Shown: in pieces, positions 52,962 through 64,000 of the stretch
Layout of the letters: each line of letters begins with the position of its first letter
Position numbering within the stretch: the first letter of the stretch is position 1
Source: Podarcis filfolensis
Taxonomy: Eukaryota
Assembly: GCA_964270895.1 (NCBI GenBank)
Contig: OZ185439.1
DNA length: 64,000 nt
Direction: 5' to 3' (one strand)
Translations under genes and position numbers: made by a program
The notes under the pieces: generated by a model
Told to the model about the DNA's origin: nothing
The model's database searches: none
What the model saw: the letters and a program-made list of their open reading frames with translations, nothing else

Positions 52962-53295
52962 TGTGGGTTAAACCACAGAGCCTAGGACTTGCCGATCAGA
53001 AGGTTGGCGGTTCAAATCCCCACGACGGGGTGAGCTCCCGTTGCTCAGTTCCTGCTCCTGCCAACCTAGCAGTTCGAAAGCACGTCAAAGTGCAAGTAGA
53101 TAAATAGGTACCGCTCCGGCGGGAAGGTAAACGGCGTTTCTGTGCCCTGCTCTGATTCGCCAGAAGCAGCTTTGTCATGCTGGCCACATGACCCGGAAGC
53201 TGTACACCAGCTCCCTTGGCCAATAAAGCGAGATGAGCGCCACAACCCCAGAGTCGGTCACGACTGGACCTAATGGTTAGGGGTCCCTTTACCTT
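52962..53295 (+). mobile_element. Sauria SINE, slightly 5'-truncated
   Basis: Full body and ACCTTT tail; 13-bp TSD TATTCATTACTGC / TATTCTTTACTGC (52949-52961, 53296-53308). Confidence 0.96.
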
Positions 53296-53519
53296 TATTC
53301 TTTACTGCAGGGAAGGGGAAGCTGTGACTTGCCAGCTGTTTCTGGACTAAACTCCCAATATCCATGATGAGTTGCATTCTGGCTAGGGCCTCACCCCTGG
53401 TCAATGACATTTCATGAGGAAGATTTGGGGCATTAAATGGCAAGATAGAGTTCCAAACAAAGATGCGCTCTCCCAAGCACACATTCCCAACCTGATTGCA
53501 CTCCTGCCTCAGTGACGAC

Positions 53520-53800
53520 TACACTGGCTTGGTCATGTTGACAGAATAGGCAGAAGGACACGCTCTATGGGGAGTTGACTTCAGGCACCTGGCCCATTGG
53601 CAGACCAACTCTGTGCTACAAAGATGTCTGCAAATGTGACACGAAAGCTGGCAATATCAACTCTGCTGCGTGGGAATCCTTTGCAGATGACCACAGTGCC
53701 TGGAGACAGAGTCAGGTCATGCATCCAAAGCAGTGATCAGAAGAGGATTGTCTTCTGGGAGGAGTGAAGAGTGAAGGAATTTCATGGTGCACCTGCAGCA
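53520..53800 (+). mobile_element. RTE-clade LINE 3' fragment
   Basis: WLGHV...KDTLYGELTSGTWPIGRPTLCYKDVCKCDTK...WESFADDHSAWR matches the RTE C-terminal motif LYGEL..G.R..GRP.LRYKD. Confidence 0.85.
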
Positions 53801-53952
53801 GCACAACTGGATGCCTTCATCTGTCTCATGGCTCTCCTCTATTGATCACCATAGCCAGAGAAGATGTTGTAACTCTCCAACAGTTTGACTACACCTCCAA
53901 AGGTGCCCCCCTCCATTAGTTCCCGAGACAGATACCAACAAAGAGTCATTCA

Positions 53953-54644
53953 GCATAAGGAACATTGTATCATTTTGGCGGGGATGCAATAAAATTAAAA
54001 AGTTCTGGGGGAATATATACGAAATTTTTTTTAAAAAAGTTTAAATTAACATTTGAAAAGAGACCGGAAGCTTTTTTTGTTAGGAATTGTGACAAAAGAT
54101 ATCCCCAGGGATAAGACACACAAAAAAAAAAAAAAATTGTATGCAACAGCCACCGCAAGGATTCTGATTGCAAAAAAAATGGAAGGGAGATAAAGTCCCG
54201 ACAGTATCAGAATGGCAAATTAAATTCTGTGAATTTATTGAATTGGCTAAATTGACGGCGGCAATCAGATCACAAACTAATCAAAATCTAAAGAAAGAAT
54301 GGGTATGTGTTGACGAACACATGTCAAGTTGATGTTCCAAAAGTGATGCACTGATATGTTTAGACTGAGATCCACAAAGTTAAAAGGAAATAGAAATAAG
54401 ATTTCAAGGTTAATTGTAATAATATATTGTTGAAACACAATTTTAAAGATACCGTATCAAAGCTAAGAACACCAAATGCGGGTGGAGGGAAGTCACAGGG
54501 GAAAAAGAGGGTGGAAAATAATTATTTGGATATATGTAGGTTGAATGTATTGTTAAAGTGTCAAAAGAAGGTTTATCTATTTTTGTTCACACCATTGTAC
54601 TGTTGTGATATGGTAAGAATTAAATAAAATATTTTTAAAAAACC
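53953..54644 (+). mobile_element. L1-type LINE, 5'-truncated
   Basis: GTLYHFWRGCNKIKKFWG...RPEAF.LLG...ATARILIAKKW...EWQIKFCEFIELAKLT; AATAAA and A-rich end; 12-bp TSD AAGAGTCATTCA (53941-53952, 54645-54656). Confidence 0.9.
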
Positions 54645-55636
54645 AAGAGTCATTCAAACCCCAAATACCTTAGACATGCAGCATGTCATCCTGTCTCCCC
54701 TAAATTTTAATTTAAGTCTGTTCCCCCCCAAAAAAGTAAAGCTCTTAAATTAAAGCACACATAGGTCCTGTGTACGTCCATGGATTCAATTTCCAGCATG
54801 CACAGACAGAGAAGGAACATTCAGTGGATAGACCAGAATCATATAGAATAACATGTATGTTGTGACATGCAAAAAATTACCTCCCCCTGTTCAAAATTGA
54901 GAGGGGAGGGGTAGTTGGACATGCTGTTGGCAAATACACTTTATAAGCAGATTTTGTTCATACTTTAGGAAAAATGCACGGAGGGGGTTTGCTTTGTTCT
55001 TTAATTCTGGTTGAATTTTGCTTAACTTGCCCCATAATTGGACTCATGCTGCAAATGCTGGAAAACCAAATAAATTAATATATGATTATAGCAAAATGCC
55101 TATTACAAAAAAAAACAAAAACCTATTCAAGCACCACTGAGGCATAATTAGTAATAATTGCAGCAGACAAGTGACAAAATTCTACTTAAATTAATTTTAT
55201 CAATTTTAAAATGCATACAAACACCGCTTTTCATTGCCATGGTTTGATTTTATGCAAGCTATAAACTGAAATACGTATAACAAGAGTAACATCTAGCATA
55301 ATGAAAAATGTTCAATCCTGGAAACACAATTCAGAATCTACAGCTAATGCAGAATGTGGAAACCTGCCTGCTGATGATGGTTGGTAGATAACCCATAAAC
55401 CCAATATTTGCTTGTCTGCACTGGCTACTACTTAGCTATGGGTCTCAGCTCAAGATACATTAAAGCCCCTTAGCAGACTGAGTCCTGCATACTTGTACCA
55501 TCATCTTCTTCCATATATAGACCGCGCTATATTCTTAGATCATCAGTCCAGGCTGTAGATAACAGCTCAGAGGACACATATTGGGGGCTTTTTGGTTTGA
55601 AGTACCCACCCTCTTGAACTGTTTCCCAGAACTTAC

Positions 55637-55737
55637 GGTGCTCTTCTTCCAATATTTTTTTAATGCTGCCTGCTGTAGTATTTCTGTATTCCATGGATTT
55701 CAATGGAAGATGTTGAAGCACATGCTTCATTTTAAGG
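55637..55737 (-). other. Candidate 101-nt exon of an unidentified host gene
   Basis: ccaattcattttag|CCTTAAAATG...GAGCACC|gtaagt; only one open frame, LKMKHVLQHLPLKSMEYRNTTAGSIKKILEEEH. Not recognised. Confidence 0.3.
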
Positions 55738-56264
55738 CTAAAATGAATTGGAGTCTAAAGCAATAAACTTTGGCTGGATCATGTTTGTAAAGAGCATTAA
55801 CCAAACAGAGTAAAAGCAATCTGAATAAAGCTGAGTAAACCGGGTAAGAGTCTTGAATGCAATTCTAGCATAATGCTGATTCTCTATAATGGTTGGTCCA
55901 GTTTAATTGTAGCATCTTGACTCTCTCAGTTTGACATCCATCAAAGGCAACACTCTTGGAACTTTACTTTTCTTCTACAAAATTCCTATTCTACAAAGGA
56001 TTCTGCACTGTTATAAAATATCACATAACAGACCATAGTGTCCCCCATAGGATGACAATATTCAGACACTTTCCCATCTCACAATCTATTTTTTCCTTCT
56101 CTTTACTACCATTCGTTCCATTGTGTCTATTTTTAGGCATTCTATCCCGTTCTTCTCCATCTCATCAAACATCTACTGTACTTGCAAAAGTCTTATAACA
56201 CAGACTTGAAAATTGCGACTCACTCAGTCACCAATAGCAAAGCCAGCTGACCAAATGGGGAAGC

Positions 56265-56749
56265 TTTTCTTTTTTTTACCATCAGTAGTGTAAATAAAAG
56301 AAGTTAAAGGGGGGGGGGGTATAAGGTAAAGTTATTCCCATATTGAGACTTCCCTTGTTCCCAACCTGGGAACAATTCTATATCAGCTGAATATTAAACC
56401 ACATCTATTTTGCAATTATCCAATACTTCCAAGAATTATATCATGTTACAGGAGTCATTCAAAGCCTGCCAAATATTTTACATGTTTACAGTGATCTTTT
56501 AAATATTGTCTGTATTTATCCCATTCTCTGTTAAACTGTTGATCTTCTTGATTCCTATCTTTCCCTGTCAATCTTGCCATCTCAGCGTACTCAAATAATT
56601 TCGTCTGCCATTCTATTTTTGTTGGTATGTTCTCTCCTTTCCAACATTGGGCTAACAGCATTCTTGCAGCCGTGTTGCATACATAAATAATCTCCTTAAA
56701 TCTTTTGGTATCTCTACACCTATAATCCCCAGGAGAAAGGCTTTTAAGC
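56265..56749 (-). mobile_element. L1-type LINE 3' fragment
   Basis: NTAARMLLAQCWKGENIPTKIEWQTKLFEYAEMARLT...EWDKYRQYL; T-rich tail at left; 9-bp TSD TGGGGAAGC (56256-56264, 56750-56758). Confidence 0.88.
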
Positions 56750-58407
56750 TGGGGAAGCATTTTAAACTGGATTGTGCAATTGTTTGTAAGGTTGTTACAA
56801 CCCTAACCAATATGGATGCAGCCAGTTTATCAGATGAGGTAAGGCAAGAATGGAACTAGGGGAAAGCATCTTAGGCCTGTCCTTTGGACATGCAAGGTGA
56901 TAGTAATGCTATTCCCATCATGGCAATGTTCATTTCTACTTCACATTGGTGGCTTACATAGCAGTAAAATGAGACAATAAAACCCAATTAAAATAAAACT
57001 GTAATTCCCCATACTAAAACCCCAGTAGAAACAAATTCAATTAGAGTAGAACAGTAAACAACCCCAAGAGGGACTCACAACTAGGGTCTGACACAACCGT
57101 GCCTGCTTCACATATGTTCATTTATCATTTCTTTCCAACTTATTACCATATTAATATACAATTTTAAAAAAAATCCACACAAAAATGTGTATTTAAGGAT
57201 ATATATTTTTAACAAAAACACATTTTTAAACATATTTTCCCTCACGTTACACATTTCCAATTGTATTTTATTCTGAAACACTCATTTTTACACACATTTT
57301 GGTCTGGGGTTTTTAGTCAAGAATTGCATCACAGAGGTTGATAAATATGAAATCTGAACAATAATTTTGTTCGGAGCTACACACATTTTGGGTGAGGGTG
57401 GTGTGGATTGGACCAATTTGTATCAGAATTTGCAAAGAACAGATTCCTCAAGCAACCATTGCCAACACGAGACAACATCTGCCTCCGCCTCACTTAACAA
57501 ATGGCATCTTGAAAAGGTGGTTTCTACACAGGTCCCAGAAGCTTCACACCAAGGATTTCCCTCCACTACCTACAATAAAACTATAATGATCACCAGTTGA
57601 GCAAAAACCCATTATTGCTGAAGGATTTTGACCAACAGTACACTGAATTCATTCAGCTAGAGCCCATTCTGCACTTTCTTCTGAATCCCGTGTGTTACTA
57701 CCCTATCCACAACATTTCCCCTTTTATTTAGTTTTAAATCTACACTCACTTTTTGACCTTCTGAAGGTTTTAATTAAATCTTCCCATAAGGCAAAATAGG
57801 GACAGTGATTTGGCACCTCTGGCAAAATAGGGGCAGTTGGGACAAGTGAAACATATCTTGATTAGCATATGCACATATGGCACTTGGGGGGTATATCCCA
57901 CTGATGAGTGCAAATCCCACTAAGAGGAACTTACTTCCTAGTAAACATGCAAAGGGTCAGACTGTAAATATAATAAAAGAATACAATAAGCCATAAAATA
58001 TTAAAGCAAGGTCAAGAGATGTGGGACGGAGGAAATGAAGTAGCAGATTGCTAATTAACATTTTTATTATCTTGTACAGAAGCAAGAGAGGGCTGCATGT
58101 AATTGCTTTTCTAGGAAGAGCCATAACGAGCGAAATTCAAAAAATGTTGCATCCTATTCTTAAATAGCACAGCTCTTTCAATTAAAATGTTCCTGGCTAA
58201 AGTGTCCTAGATAAAGGAGCTCTAGGGACACATTCTGTAAGGCTGCTTTGGTGAGGCAAATGGTGACTGTGCAGCACGACCCTAAGCATGTTTATTTGGC
58301 AGCAAGTCCCACTGATTTCAATCCCTCCCCACTTCAAGGGAGGGAGGCCACTTCAGGTGACTTATTTGGGGATATCGTAAAATGGCAGAAAGTTGTCAAT
58401 TGAAAGG

Positions 58408-59080
58408 ATTACTGCTGTGTTATTATTTTTTTTACATTAGGGGATTGAGGGGGAATTCTGCTTCAGGTAACAAAATGTATTGGGTCACCTCTAGCCAATT
58501 TCCATGTGAGAACTCACCTGATACTAAAGGTTAAGTGAGTTGCGTGTCCAAGGTCCCTAGCCCCCCCCCCATTTGTTGAATAAAGACACAAGGACTCAAT
58601 ATTTTAGGCTAATGGGCGAACAAAGGCCACAACTTTTTTGGTTACAGAACGTGAGTGGTATTGGCTTAGGCATTGGAACTGAACCGATGGATGCCTGCCA
58701 TGCAGGTAGTCCAGTAAGACTTAACCACCAATAGGGGGAGCCTTGTTGATGTAAATCAACTAAGAGCTCCCCCAGGGTCCCCGTTGGGGTCGTGCCATGG
58801 CCCTAGCCCCTCCCCGGGCTTCGGACAAGATCCACACCTCCAGATCCCTTGGAATAACCTTAAAGTGGAGGGGCAGGTGATGGCCACAACCTCCCCTCCC
58901 CCAAACCAGGTTTAACCAATGCCTAACTGCCACTCAAGCCAAAAGGCTCACAATTACTGCTGTATTTTTTTACATTGGGAGACTGATGGGGGAATTCTGC
59001 TTCAGGTAACAAAATGTATTGGGTCACCTCTAGCCAATTTCCATGTGAGAACTCGCCTGATACTAGAGGTGAACTGAGTT
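58408..59080 (+). repeat. Local direct duplication of ~130 bp (58408-58541 and 58953-59080) flanking an insert
   Basis: 67-bp identical core (58449-58515 = 58988-59054); the outer parts differ by several substitutions and an indel. Confidence 0.95.
58541..58952 (-). mobile_element. Solo-LTR-like insert
   Basis: Minus strand TGTGAGCC...ACACGCA (TG...CA); TATA-like CTTTAAGG; polyA-signal-like ACCAAAAAAGTTGTGGCC followed by a GT-rich tract; no 4-6 bp TSD. Confidence 0.6.
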
Positions 59081-59662
59081 ATAATCTATCTACCCCTGCA
59101 GCTTAACCCACAGAACAACTTTCTAATTTGTGCATGGGTATTCTGGAGGTGAAATCCTCCTCAACCCTATTTGGTATGCTCTGTCAGTAAGTAGAGATAA
59201 TGGGTGAATGCTTTGACTTCCATTTCCCCTCAAAACCGAGACCAAAATGAGGGGATTCTACAGCACCTTCTGTAACAGTCTTTTCACTGCCTGCTGCTTC
59301 CAGAGTTCCCATTTCAGAATCTTGGGGTCTAACTACATGTTGGGGTAGAAGACTTGCCCAGTAAAGGGCCAGGGGAGGGAGCAATTTCAAGTAGAGAACT
59401 AGCAGGCTAGGAGCCCAAAGCCTTAACCATCCGTTCTACCCATAACCTCTCCACCTAGTGACTTTTTTTCACAGACTTGTTCTGTGGCTAGAAATAGGCC
59501 TGGTGATGAGAAAAATGTCTGGGGAGTAGAATTGTGGGGGGGGGATAGCAGTAAGGGGCAAGCTTCAGGAGCTCTCTACCACCTTCTGCTTGAAGTCACT
59601 CTCATGCCCAGTGCTCTGCTGTTTTATAGAATTTCATTGTGATCAGTCAGAACATGCAATTA

Positions 59663-59784
59663 CCATATTTTTTGCTCTATAAGATGCACCAGACCACAAG
59701 ACGCACCTAGTTTTTGGAGGAGGAAAACAAGAAAAAAAATATTCTGAATCTCAGAATCCAGAACAGCAAGAGGGATCGCTGCAG
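59663..59784. mobile_element. Left half of a Tc2-like MITE
   Basis: TA+CCATATTTTTTGCTCTATAAGATGCAC; colinear with 30701 until GGGATCGCTGCAG, then homology stops. Confidence 0.9.
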
Positions 59785-60305
59785 TGGGACTACTCTCAGA
59801 ATTTCACCACTTGCAAGGTCTCAAGGACTTAAGTACCATGGCTAGGAGGCGAGAACTAGTTTATCTACAATTCCTGATAGAACCCAAGAATTATTTGGCA
59901 GTCTTCCCCCATCCACTCAGAAGGGTATCTTCTTTGGATATAATGAGACAGCAGTACAAGACGAATCCAATTTTTTATTCTTTGGAAGATGCCTGAATCC
60001 TCTCCTGACACCCTTGGCAGCCTGTAATGTTTTAATGATGTGGTATAAAGTGATTATTGACAGTTCCACTTAATCGGAAAACCTTGGATATGGTTCTGAA
60101 TAAGTAAATACCTACAAAGTCAAGCCATTAAATAATGAAATTACTTTTGCAAATACTGCACCTTGTTCTTTGAAAATTCCAAAAAAGCTATCTAAAAAAA
60201 TGTTAGTGTGAAAGGAAGTGTGCAGGATCTGGAGTTGTGACTGTATCTATTTTCCTTGCAGGTACCAAAATATTTTCCCCCAAGATGGAAAACCCAAAAT
60301 GGTAA

Positions 60306-60318
60306 TGTGTGTCTCTCT

Positions 60319-60394
<76 letters not shown>

Positions 60395-60419
60395 CAATCA
60401 GCATTATTATTATTATTAT
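60306..60419. repeat. Compound microsatellite (TC)(TG)n(AG)n plus (ATT)n
   Basis: Read directly; explains four spurious ORFs. Confidence 0.95.
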
Positions 60420-60919
60420 CAAAAAATGGTATTCCTGACTGAGAAATACTGCAGTCGGGCTTTGAATGTCACTTAGAATTATATGATTGATAGCTCAATT
60501 TTTGAACTATAGATAACATGAAGAGGTGTTGCTAGAAATGTGGGTCAAGAAAGACGCAACATATTCCGTGGAAAGGCATCAAACCTGAAATCATCTATGA
60601 TATCAGGATCTACCAAGCACATTTCCAACCAAGATATCCCTTTACCCCAGGCTGAATATACAAGGCCTTGGCAACCTTGTATAATGTTTAACCTTCAAAA
60701 TTTAAAGGCCAAAACTTTGCTAAGCTTTGAAGTTCAAGCAGCTTTATATATTCTTGTCGCGTAGGATTGTGGGGAGCAACCCGTTCTCATTGTAAAACCT
60801 TGCTGTGGACTTGTTTACATTAGCAGCCTGCTCAAATTTTAATATCTATTTTATTTTACAATTATTAAGCAATTAAACTGAAGTATTCTGAAGCAAAGAA
60901 AAGAGTCTCTAAATAATTA

Positions 60920-61261
60920 AGTAAAGGGACCCCTGACCGTTAGATCCAGTCACGGATGACTCTGGGGTTGCAGCGCTCATCTCGCTTTACTGGCCGAGGG
61001 AGCCAGCGTACAGCGTACATGTGGCCAGCATAACTAAGCCGCTTCTGGCGAACCAGAGCAGCGCACGGAAATGCCGTTTACCTTCCCGCTGGAGTGGTAC
61101 CTATTTATCTACTTGCACTTTAACGTGCTTTCAATCTGCTAGGTTGGCAGGAGCAGGGACAGAGCAACGGGAGTGCACCCCATCGCAGGGATTCGAACTG
61201 CTGACCTTCTGATCAGCAAGCCCTAGGCTCAGTGGTTTAGACCACAGTGCCACCCGCGTCC
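60920..61261 (-). mobile_element. Sauria SINE, full length with a small internal deletion
   Basis: Perfect 14-bp TSD TCTCTAAATAATTA (60906-60919, 61262-61275). Confidence 0.96.
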
Positions 61262-61734
61262 TCTCTAAATAATTAGGGGACTCTTTAATAGTCTTTAACC
61301 CAGGATAGCAATTTTGAATTAGGGTTTACTAGCAAGCAAATGCATTTTTATTTAGAAAGCCCCATAAGCCAGCTTGGGGTTATATGTCTTTAACTAGCTT
61401 TTTTATCTGATTTAATTTTATTGATGTTTTACCTGGCTTGGCTTTATGACTTGTGCTTCATATGCTATTGCTGTTTTCTTTATTTTGTTTTGTTGCATTT
61501 ATAGTTCATTTGTATTTGCTTTTAGCTGTTCTAAGCCCCATTAGGTGGGATACACATATAACTAATAAATACCACAGTAAAATAATAATAATCTCTGCTA
61601 TCCAGTTATCACAATGCATAGATGTGTTAACTTTTCCATGTGCTATTTCCCAGACTTTGTTGTACTATTTTTGAATGGTGAATCAGTGTAAGCTTTTCCA
61701 TAATCAGAGTATAAGGGTTCTGCCACTGTTAAAA

Positions 61735-62690
61735 AGTCAGTTTAAAATAAAAAAATAAAAAATATAGTGATGTTGATTTTCTCCAACAAATAAATTTAGC
61801 AGAGCTAGTTCTGGTCTTTTCTTTACTACTTTCCCAATTATTTTTGCAGTTTCTTTAAAAATTAAATCCCAAAATGTTGATTTATTACTATTATTATTTT
61901 TATTAATGGGTGTAGGACCTGTTTTTCCACACACCCTCCAACAAGTATATACATTAATTTTATATATACAGGATATTCTGGGTGGTGTAATTTTGGTACA
62001 ACCTTTATGGATATTTCCCTAAAAATAGTTGAAGTTCACTTATATGGAAGCTCATCCCAGAGGAAGGCCCATTGCTCACCATTGACTATTACAGAGTTTG
62101 GATTCCGCCCATGTCTTCTTGTTATTCATCTGAAGGTTTGTAAGAGTTTATATACTTATTAGCTGCCAGTGTAGAGGCTGAATCAATATGTGCACCCTGT
62201 TAAATGACATGTATGTATTTGATCATCAAGTGAGTAATTGCTGACCGAGTAGGGCTGCTCTCTATAATCAATTTTATATTTCATATTTTCTGCTTTGAAT
62301 GCAGCAATATTCCCCTACATTATCATTCACAGGGCTGATATTTGCCAATGGTCCAGGGATCTGGACATAGTTTTAGGGTAGTGTTGTACGGCTGGGGGCC
62401 ATTTCTATTGTGCATCCAAATAACCCAGCCTTTACGTAGGAAGGGCAAATGATTCACATCTGAAATGTATAACCATTAACACCATTATGTTTTGTATTAT
62501 CGGTAATTTAAGAATCATAGTAGGGAAATGTCAGGGCAAGTTGCACATCAGCAGCTGAACTGGATCTGCTGTTTAAACCTAAATGTTAGTGCATCCCTTA
62601 AAGCAAACAAAGGAAATCAATATAATCCAATTTAGAGGCTGATTTGTGTGCACCTTGCAATGAATTTGAATATGCCAAGGGCTAGCATGG
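61735..62690 (-). mobile_element. Older degenerate L1-type ORF2 C-terminal fragment
   Basis: CWRVCGKTGPT...FWDLIFKETAKIIGKVVKKRPELALLNLF (L1 C-terminal Cys region); many stops upstream. Boundaries approximate. Confidence 0.7.
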
Positions 62691-62833
62691 GCACAAGGCA
62701 GAGTATCATAAATGAGAATCTATAAGAATGCGTGACCAAGGTACAGGGAAGGGGAAAAACACATAAATTTTCAGCTTAATTCAGGGTGGGAAATGTAGTA
62801 CTGTTCGCTTTGGACCTCAAAGTGGAAAATGGA

Positions 62834-63310
62834 GAGATACTGAGGGGAGATAAAAAATTGTTTATGTATGCAACAACCATGGCAAGAATTATTTTAGCCC
62901 AAAAATGGAAGCAGTGGGAGGTACCAACAAAGGAAGAGTGGCAGATGAAGATGATGGACTTTGTGGAGCTGGCGAGGTTGACCAGGAAAATCCGAAACTA
63001 GCTTTATCAAGCACTCCAAAAAGACTGGAATAAATTTATACTTTATTTGAAGGACTATTGTAAGCAATTAGCATCACTAGCAGGGTTGCTAGTGTAAAGG
63101 GGGGGGAAAGTATTATTCTATTCATAATTACTAAAATAAGAGATAACTGTAATGTGTGAAAGATGGATTGAAAAAAGTACAAATGCTAAGATATAAAGAG
63201 TAACTTGGAAAACCATGCGGCGGGAGGGAAGGAAGTCAACAAGCTCTAATAGAGCAAAAAAAGTAAAGTAGATAAGAATGATGTGGTTATATATTGCAAA
63301 ATGTAAAACC

Positions 63311-63370
<60 letters not shown>
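62834..63370 (+). mobile_element. L1-type LINE, 5'-truncated, with (AT)n in the tail
   Basis: LFMYATTMARIILAQKWKQWEVPTKEEWQMKMMDFVELARLT...DWNKFILYL; perfect 16-bp TSD CAAAGTGGAAAATGGA (62818-62833, 63371-63386). Confidence 0.92.
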
Positions 63371-63372
<2 letters not shown>

Positions 63373-64000
63373 AAGTGGAAAATGGATAGCTTAAGATGGT
63401 GTGACTGGCAGGTCTTTCAAAATAATAGACAATGCTAGTACTTTTTATTTATCAAGTCCGGGATGTGAAAACTTTTTGGTGAAAGGGAAAACAAATATAA
63501 AAGAAAGGGGAAAATAAAATATTAAAAATAGTTAAAACAAATTGCAGTCAGAAAAACAGGGTGGGTCGTAAAACCATATATCATTCCTAGGTGTCAAATG
63601 CCAGAGAAGTAGGTAAAGCTTCAGCTTATGATGGAAACTGCATAATGAAGATGCCAGAGGTCCCTGTGTGAGGAAAGAATTTCACACTGCTGTGTTCAAG
63701 AAGACAAAAATCTACAAAGAGCTACAAGATGTTGAAAACGTCTAAAGAATTTTCTCAACAGTTTATTAGATCAGCAAAAAATAGCTGGAGAAAAGCACAG
63801 GAAAAATAATCATACATTGACCTAACCTAAAGCCCAATGTGGCTGAAAGCATAAACAGAATTCATAGCTTTCTGTATTGGAAACTGCAGCTTTCTGAATG
63901 CCTATATTTTAAATAAGCCACTCTTAGTGGTCCCAGACTCACGCAGGGAAGAATTATATAAAGTTTTGAGGATGGACTGCTCAGAAGGCCTGAATGGGGC

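Noticed and set aside
127-60390. (TC)n(AC)n at 127 and (TG)n(AG)n near 60320 are reverse complements
   Set aside because: A very common compound microsatellite type, 60 kb apart, with no flanking homology.
1-64000. CRISPR array, operon or other prokaryotic system
   Set aside because: No regularly spaced repeat-spacer units and no gene-dense ORFs; the content is vertebrate repeats and microsatellites.

Overview
This is AT-rich, CpG-depleted vertebrate genomic DNA, not prokaryotic. Five Sauria SINEs with (ACCTTT)n tails, plus Squam3-like SINEs, place it in a squamate reptile, most likely a lacertid lizard. No complete host gene, RNA gene, CpG island or CRISPR array is supportable. The long ORFs in the track are retroelement remnants (L2, Rex1/Babar, L1-type, CR1, Penelope, RTE, Tc1), lie inside an LTR, or are spurious. 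Many non-autonomous DNA transposons (hAT, Tigger-like, Tc2-like) retain TIRs, and several keep their TSDs. The most notable unexplained structure is a ~130 bp direct duplication (58408-58541 / 58953-59080) with a solo-LTR-like insert exactly between the copies and no normal short TSD. A series of short minus-strand segments with good splice signals, including a 12-nt microexon candidate, may belong to an unidentified long-intron host gene, but I could not recognise the peptides. I found no convincing new biological system. All family names come from motif recall, not database searches.
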